Source: Lingula anatina (lineage: Eukaryota; Animalia; Brachiopoda). From it: DNA of 64,000 nt. Made by a program: the position numbers and the translations under genes. This document shows positions 57,001 through 64,000 of the stretch, piece after piece (position 1 is the first letter of the stretch; each line of letters starts with the position of its first letter). Below the pieces are notes generated by a model. That model searched no databases and was not told where the DNA came from. It saw nothing but the letters and a program-made list of their open reading frames with translations. The DNA lies in NCBI GenBank assembly GCA_051362555.1, contig CM120640.1, positions 21,018,001-21,082,000 of the forward strand, in the 5' to 3' direction.

Positions 57001-58906
57001 TTCAGAACAGATGATCCGCGGAATAACTTATCCACCCAGTAAATATAGCCGATCGAACTTAAAAGCAGCGCCGCTTAATCCTCTGATGGTCTCCCCGCCT
57101 CCACACTCGCCATTAAACGGATTAAATCTCAGCTCCGAGGTTTAATATTGCAAGGCCCCTGCAACACACTTACCCCAAGCTGTATGAAATCAAAAGATTG
57201 TGGACTTTCTATTACATGGACATATTTATTTAAAAGTTATGGAGTAAAATTTAGTTCGCAGCAGAGGTACATGTAATGTCATGTGCACATGTAGTAGTAT
57301 AATGTGGGAATTTCTTTACTGTACCTACGCTGCAGCAGTTATTTTATTTATTTATCTTTTGATACATTAAAGGGATAATAACTCTTCGTATGAAATCTAC
57401 ATTTCACAATAAAAACATTGTGAATAACTCATAGAAATATAATATATTCTGTTTTACCACAAAAAACGGCAGTTATAGCTATTATTCTGATATCTGAGCT
57501 TGTCTTTAGACCACGTGACCTCCATTGATGGCTATACTCTGTTAAAATCTCTTAAGAGATTTTAACAAAAAACCAAACTTTTTAGAAAAAAACCAGGGAC
57601 TAACTTTGAATGTAAAAATGGATTCGTTAACCATTGGTAAGTATGGGAAAATTGTTGTTTACTCCAGGAAAAATTCATTTTTTGGCCGAAACTAAGAGTT
57701 ATTATCCCTTTAAGATACATTTTTCAGATTGTTATCAACTTCAGCCGTATCTTCCTGATCTTCTAGGTGTTGCGTTATGGACTAAAACCTACTCACCCAC
57801 CTTGTATACCACAGATCATCTTCGTACCGCTGTTGAAATGTTTCCTGACGACTCCAGAGAACCGTCCAAAGATAGACGATTTGCAAGAGATGTTCAGAGA
57901 TTTTCTTTCGCGAAGAAAACAAGACGGTTCGTTCCTTTCTCAGATTGTGCTTTTTAAAATGAGATTTGTTTCAGATCTTGTGAGGCTTCAATTATATTGT
58001 AGTTGAATGCAATTTGTTGATTGTCATTAGTCTCATCATCGGTCGCCTTGTTACCAATTGAAACAATACTTCAAAATTATCCGTCAAGATATATATGTAC
58101 CGCATGGAGGGGGGGGGGCTGAAAATGTAGGCCTATTATAATTACAGCCTTTGAGACTCATTGGAAAGGAACTTGTGAGACCCTGTTACGCAATATTACA
58201 TGCCCATTGCGTTTAAGTGAACTGGAGGAGATCAGATTGTGCCAGAGGTGTTCGTCGTAGGGGGTCAAATGGTGCAAGACGGAATGGAATGTCGATGCAG
58301 CAAGTTTTAAGAAAACTGGTTGACTGAAAAATCAGCTCGACTTTCCACCTTCAGGCTCCTTCATACGTTTTTATATCATTTACCCAGTATTTCTACAAGT
58401 ATTCTCTGCTCAAAATACCAATAGAAAAAAGTGCGATTCCCTGAGACCAAAGTAGGCCAAAAACCTGTCTCTGGCCCTGAACTTGTGCCCTCTTGTTCCT
58501 GCATACAGATACCAATAGTGATATGAGTAAATTCAAGTTGATAATAGTAGCATTTACGAATTTAAGGAAAATTTCATTTCAACATGATTAATAACTTTTG
58601 ATTAACCTATCATTGGTGAATTATACAATTTGTTGCCTGACATTGAATATTCTTGCACCTTTCGGATTTTCAGGTGTGAAATATCGAGACGAGCCACCCC
58701 CGACCCTTGACCCGTATCAGCCTCAATTTCCAGAGAAGGTATCTCAAATATGTAAAATGCTTTTATGCAATAATGTAATTGCTAATTTTAAATTCATTTA
58801 GATTTTTTAGTGATTTAGTTATAACAGTTTTCTTGATTTATATTTGTTGTTTATATTTGTTATTAGGGTTTTCCCAAATTCCTCCTCAATGTGAAGAACT
58901 TTGAAG
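51007..58906 (+). CDS. TIR domain - alpha-helical/HEAT-like region - tyrosine-kinase-like pseudokinase fusion protein (>1000 aa; 3' end not resolved)
   Basis: Phase-consistent exons 51007-51034, 52231-52737, 52974-53090, 53424-53506, 53686-53821 (uncertain; alternative 53787-53821 + 53957-54000), 54071-54810, 54970-55105, 55248-56108, 56370-56548, 57767-57926, 58674-58738, 58867-58906. TIR motifs: TFDVYI, ENFPVGG, IENAIQNSKFVLV. Kinase motifs: VSLK, KEIEVLKTL, IVLRDITASNFLL, LFGFDLAR, LWTAPES, KSDMY, EVMTHGRFPY, PENRP. Confidence 0.82.
56840..56960 (-). mobile_element. Short L2/CR1-like ORF2 3' remnant in an intron
   Basis: Minus-strand GPRTSIPPEIKGIVLLSAFKNVAK resembles the LINE C-terminal 'GP..WN.LP.EIK....L..FK' motif. 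Confidence 0.4.
57371..57709. mobile_element. Kolobok-type TTAA MITE, 339 bp
   Basis: Perfect 16-bp TIRs AGGGATAATAACTCTT (57371-57386) and AAGAGTTATTATCCCT (57694-57709), flanked by TTAA (57367-57370, 57710-57713). Purine-purine termini distinguish it from piggyBac (CCY). Confidence 0.85.
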
Positions 58907-59628
58907 GTGAGATTCTTTTATTTTTATTTTGTATATTTAAGTGCTCAATATGTTTAACCATGATACAAGGCCAAATGGGCCAAAATTTTGTAAAAAAGTA
59001 TTTGTTTATGCCGAATTGCTTTGATATTATGGTGGGAAGTTGCACCTGGGTTCTCCTTTCGTCATCCTGAGTCTGGGGTCAATTGGTGCATTTTCAGTAA
59101 AGAAACAGCCATTAGACGGTAAAATAGAAAAGTCTTTGTAATTTTTGAACCCCAAAAGTCACAGACATTTTGTTTGTAGCACTTTGTAGAACTTGTCAAG
59201 TGCAACACTGAAAGTGGATTTTTTTTTTACATATGGTTTACGAGTCGGCAAACGCAATCCGAATTTCCATGGTTCGTGTCAAATTTGCGTAAAGTTGCTC
59301 CAATAAAACCCAAGGGCACTTAAGATATTAATTACGAAGGCTTATATCCCAATTTCTTATGAAAGGGGGATCCAGTGTTGCACTATTTCGCGGTACATAC
59401 CAGTACAAATCTAAATTACTCAAACATTGCGCAAGTCCACTCGCGTTATATAATTACATGTAAAACCATGAAGTGCACAAGCAAGCGATTTCATTAAATT
59501 AATTTACAAGGCTTACGATTATTTTTGTGAATTGAATAGGATGCTCAATGATGAAAATATTCCAAAACTAGCAGAGATACGCCCATAGTTACAATTGAAC
59601 TTGAATAATCATATATTGGTAATCTTAA

Positions 59629-62600
59629 GGCCGGTGATAGGGTTAAATACGCTTAAAATCATGTTTTTGAGTTTTTTGTGTGTTTATATTAATCAAAAAA
59701 GTATCTAACGTTGGATGTAATAATTTTTATGAATTTGCATTGCAAAATGCGTCTTTTGATGAGTTTTTCAACCGGCACGCGCCCCAGTCAGGCTGACAAC
59801 TAAGCCACGCCTCTGTTACTAAGGGCCGTTGCCATGAGGGGGTCGGAGCACAGTTAATGAGTTATAAGCCGATTACGTGTGCGGTAATAGGTCATAAGTC
59901 TTACATCAGCTTAGCAGCGAAGAAGTCTAGCTAGTACACTATGGGGAAGAGAAAAGTTCGTGTTAAAAGTCCCTTTCCAGAGGAAAGAAGGAAAATTTTG
60001 AGAGTAAGGCCTATGCGTGGCGGTTGGGGAAAACCGGCCCTATTTGTTCAGTCGGATGACTGATTTCTGTATACCTAATAAATTGGTGAAAGAGTTAATC
60101 GAAACGTCTAAATTAATTGACAAATGAAAGAAAAATCGATAAATACATAAATAAAAAAAGCTAAAAAAAGGATACTTTTAGCCTAGCCTTTAATTTTTGC
60201 GATATATATCGTCGAGCGTATCTGAAACACGTTACGAAACCGGAAATGATTGTTGGTCGCCGTTTGCAAAAGGTAAATCTAATGTTGACAAAATAAATTT
60301 TTATTCTCCAAGATATGATATCATGGAGCTTGAGAGAGACGCGAAAAATTGTGATTTGAATGGCCAAACAAGAGAAATCCAAGCAAAGGTTGACAGCATG
60401 ATTAAAACAATAAAAATAAAAACGCATGTTAGCGGCTTTGCATTTTGCGATATTTGGAGAAAAACAATTTCAAAATCACTGATCAAGCGGGAAGAAAGAG
60501 TTCAAGTGTCCAAAAATGAAAATCACAAAAAGACCCCGAGAATAGTCAAGGCTAGCAGGTAAAAAGCAAATAGGGTCTAAGTGTCATGTGTGTAAAAATA
60601 AAATATTTATTCAAAAGCCTTCTCTCAGCCACTTTTACCGCTGAATCTTGTGCAGCTGAGCGTCTCCCCTTTATCTTAGCTGGCATTTTGAGCGAGACCG
60701 CTCTGAAGTAATCACTGGATTTTTCCGTTGATCTGACGACTACCAAGTGCCGTGCAAAATAATCCTGCAGCGTTACCCGTCAAAAAACTCGTATCAACAC
60801 AAGTGACGGACACTTGCTCTCGACACAGTTTTATCTGATCACTTTGCCGATAACAAAGAAGGAATCTCTCAGGTAAAATTACTCGATTGCCGAGGAAGAG
60901 CCATTGAAACGTTCAAATGCAACTTCACACCTCTTAATTGCGGCTAAACGTAATCGCCTTTGTTAGCGCTTCCTTCTACATATCCTTGACACCCTACGGG
61001 GCATCACTAGGCTAGGGCCCTCTCCAGAGCTGTCAATCAAAATGGCGGCACGCTTACATGCCTAACGAGTGGTCGGAAAATGTAACAAAAGCACGATTTT
61101 CTGCCCCTTCAAAGCACCCAAACAAAATATTTTTAGATGACAATAAGCAATGGTTCCATCTGATCGTATAACCGATAACAGGTAAATTTGCCAGCTAAGC
61201 ATTTGACTAATAAGCCCTGTTAACCAACCTGTGAACGTTTTTGGCTGTTTTAACAGCTTTCTATATTGACGAGATAAGTGAATCGCTGCCAAGTATATCT
61301 CACTATCTGAGCAACCTATCGTTACAAAAGTTGCACCTATTGTTGTTAGGAATGTGGACTACAGCATGATATCAGGGGTTTAAGAGGAAATTGTTTGTTT
61401 GAAAGTTATTGCCTTTTGAAGTGAATAACCCATTGAAATATGGGCTGATTTAACGTAAAAGATGATAAAATCAAAAGTAAATAGTTTAAGACAATTCCCT
61501 GGTACCCCGCTGTAGTGCTTTCACACAGCTTTATGAGGCCTTTTGAATCACTTGAATAGCTGTCTTGGTTATAGAGAAAATCCCAATACCGAAAACGGCA
61601 TTTTTCCCCTCAAATTGGCGCCAGAGCGTCATCCGTTGGACACTGTACTTAATCCCCGTCTTTAATAACCTTGCGCGCGTTATACGTCACAGGTCTTGCG
61701 TAACTACCCACGTGCTACGATTTTTCCCTTGGGGGGGCAGCAAGCGGACATTTTGTACAGGAGCAATGCAAAGATGGGTGAAAACGATACGTTGTTTTTA
61801 ACCGAAAACGATGTCCCCGGGGCGAAACTGCCAACACCAAAAGTAAAGGAGCATACCAACGTTGTTTTGAAACGATGTGGTTAGCCTGTCAGTGGCGAGT
61901 TGGGGAGAAAAGAGCAGCACTGATAGCAAGGTACTGTGTACACGTGAACCGGCAAAGTTAATGATAATTTCATGTTGCAAAAGCATAATTAAATCAGTTA
62001 GTTATTTTCCAAACGATATTATTTGAATAGCAGATACATAGATCAAACTAACAACAATAAAAATTTTTGATGACATTGAAAATCAAAACCTGCGGTGCAC
62101 GATAGGTTGAGGAGGACACTGCCACAGCAAGTAATGCATGAATTTTGTTACATAACACCATACATGTATGCTTGTGTCGTTGTTAACTCTGTGGTATTAT
62201 TACTGCTCAAATTAATACATGATACTATTTCTCAGGCTACCAAGTACAAATCAACTAATTTTGTGGCAATTGACCTCCATGTTCCATCATGTGTGCAGGT
62301 TGTTTATTATTATTATTATTTGTTCAAGCACATTTTGATAAAGTGGCTATGCTTTAACAAGAGAAAGTCAAAATTTATGCTGAAGTTTAAAAGATTAAAT
62401 CATCAGTAGTATATACAATTAAAGCTATTTGATTATGCATATTTGATTTTCAGTTATCTTGATTATGATACGCGGTTGCTGCCTTTTTCTTTTGCCCTCA
62501 AATCAATATATAACAAGTAAATTGATAGTGCTTTATTACAATTTTGGCTTTATACTTTCAGATGTAAAAAATGTGTAGCTGTTGGTAAAGTTGTAGAGAT

Positions 62601-64000
62601 TGATGTGAGCATAGATCAGGGGAAATGGTATTAGAGAAACTAGGAGGACAAGACATAGATACTAGTAGATCGATCATCACAGCAAGGGTAGATGGTGTGA
62701 TCTTGTCCCTGAAGCTGTGCCTCAAGTTTTCAACTGGTGTGAATTGCAATATGTACCTTCAGGTTATACGTGGCAGATTCATGACAAAAGAGACCTTCAC
62801 AATATACTTCAAAGGAGTTATTCTTGCATCTATGCCTCATCAAAAGTACACAGTTGAAGTGACTAGATCATTGTCTGCCAATAGTGAGGCAGTGAAGGCT
62901 GCAAGATGCCATTGTTTTTTGAGTATTAAGACTGACAGTATCTGTTTTTATTATTATTTTTGTATTATTCATTTTTAATGGGAGGGAGATTCACTTTGTT
63001 CTTTCTATGCCCATTCAGTTTAGGGTTGGTGGCAATATATGGTAAATCCGTCATGCCTGTATGTAGAATTTCTTTTGCTCAAATTTCTACATTTATTAAA
63101 TGCATTATGAAGTTTCCAGAGTGATTAATGAGCTTACTTGTAGAAATATCTTGCCTACACGCATTTTGTGATATTTTTACTGCTTTATACGTATGATTAT
63201 TCACATTTCATCAGTGGTGTGTGAAATGTATTTGCATTTTAGAACTGTAGATCTGTGTACCAGCAGGGTTATATTTCAGTAATATCTGTTAATGTTTCTA
63301 AAAATAAGCTTCATGTTTGATAATTAATTGGTTTTAAATAAATAAATAAATAATAACCCAAATAAAATTAATTCATTTTATATTTCACATAATCTGTTCT
63401 TATTATTTCTTCTAAGCATTTAATCATAACATCTCCCACCATTATACTGTTATTGTGTAATAACATTGAAAGTTTCCAAGATTTTATTAACAGGTTGATG
63501 CTAACGTATTACAAATAAATATAAGCATCAAAGCATATTTCCTTACTCAAATGTAGCAAACGTACCACTGGCATAATACCGGTAAAGATACAGGTAAAGA
63601 TGACAGCATTGATAACTGGGTTTACAGTGCTGTTAGTGCAGCATACATGTAGTTAGTGTCAGATTGTTATCTGATAAAGTTTGCTACTAGTACCTGGGAA
63701 CAAAAGGTCTGGCACTTGACAATCAAGTTGATAAAATCACAAAACGCCTGTAGAAAATAGAGCATACCTGCCCAACATTGATTTGTTCAGATTCTTGACT
63801 AAGGGGTGCGTTACTGATGTCAAGGGCCAAGACTTGAACTTAGAAGTTTGGCATGTCACTGGACATTACTCTCGATTTCTGCCCAAATCTAATAAAGCCT
63901 CAGTTGCTTAACTTTTACCAAATTTCCAATATCTACAGGTCGTGTTGTTTAATGCTTGGGGTCTTTTCTCTGGCGGCGGTTAATTGGGAACACCTGTGCG
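59629..64000. mobile_element. Probable large Kolobok-like DNA transposon (decayed); right end not seen in the window
   Basis: TTAA|GGCCGGTGATAGGG start at 59625-59642, a CpG-richer interior, and degenerate SAP-like and SWIM-like coding pieces. The boundaries are inferred. Confidence 0.45.
61774..62915 (+). pseudogene. Degenerate SAP-like + SWIM-zinc-finger ORF of the type found in Kolobok/YqaJ-nuclease elements
   Basis: MGENDTLFLTENDVPGAKL..KEHTNVVLKR(frameshift)WLACQ..GEKRAALIAR then a GT donor (SAP-like). Later IYFKGVILASMPHQKYTVEV..AVKAARCHC (start of a SWIM finger). Confidence 0.5.

Noticed and set aside
57728-57766. Upstream acceptor TTTTCAG at 57727 for the kinase C-lobe exon
   Set aside because: It gives an in-frame TAG at 57764-57766; the acceptor ending 57766 keeps the kinase frame.
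60700-60970. Possible THAP-domain remnant in the Kolobok-like region
   Set aside because: Only fragmentary resemblances on opposite strands (SDHF; RLAAIKR), with no coherent C2CH pattern.

Overview
AT-rich, intron-rich animal genomic DNA, most likely a lophotrochozoan invertebrate such as a mollusc (inferred from the repeat types; not proven). Three spliced + strand genes could be assembled by hand from GT..AG sites and reading-frame phase. (1) A complete 22-exon STE20-family SLK/STK10(Slik)-like kinase gene (4607-36523, ~1166 aa). It carries a 1.37-kb candidate alternative first exon that would give a kinase-less isoform, and a tandemly duplicated last splice acceptor. (2) A 7-exon secreted modular protease (44910-49057, ~647 aa): signal peptide-TSP1-EGF-like-TSP1-Ig-Ig-thrombin-like trypsin domain. 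(3) A >1000-aa gene (51007 to at least 58906, 3' end unresolved) fusing an N-terminal TIR domain, a helical/HEAT-like region and a tyrosine-kinase-like pseudokinase (DFG->GFD). The rest is transposon-derived: a deleted pogo/Tigger-like element with nested MITEs, L2/CR1 and RTE 3' fragments, Helentron-like repeat arrays, an Academ-like long-TIR element carrying a decayed Tc1 transposase, and Kolobok-like elements. All calls come from reading the sequence by eye; no searches were run.
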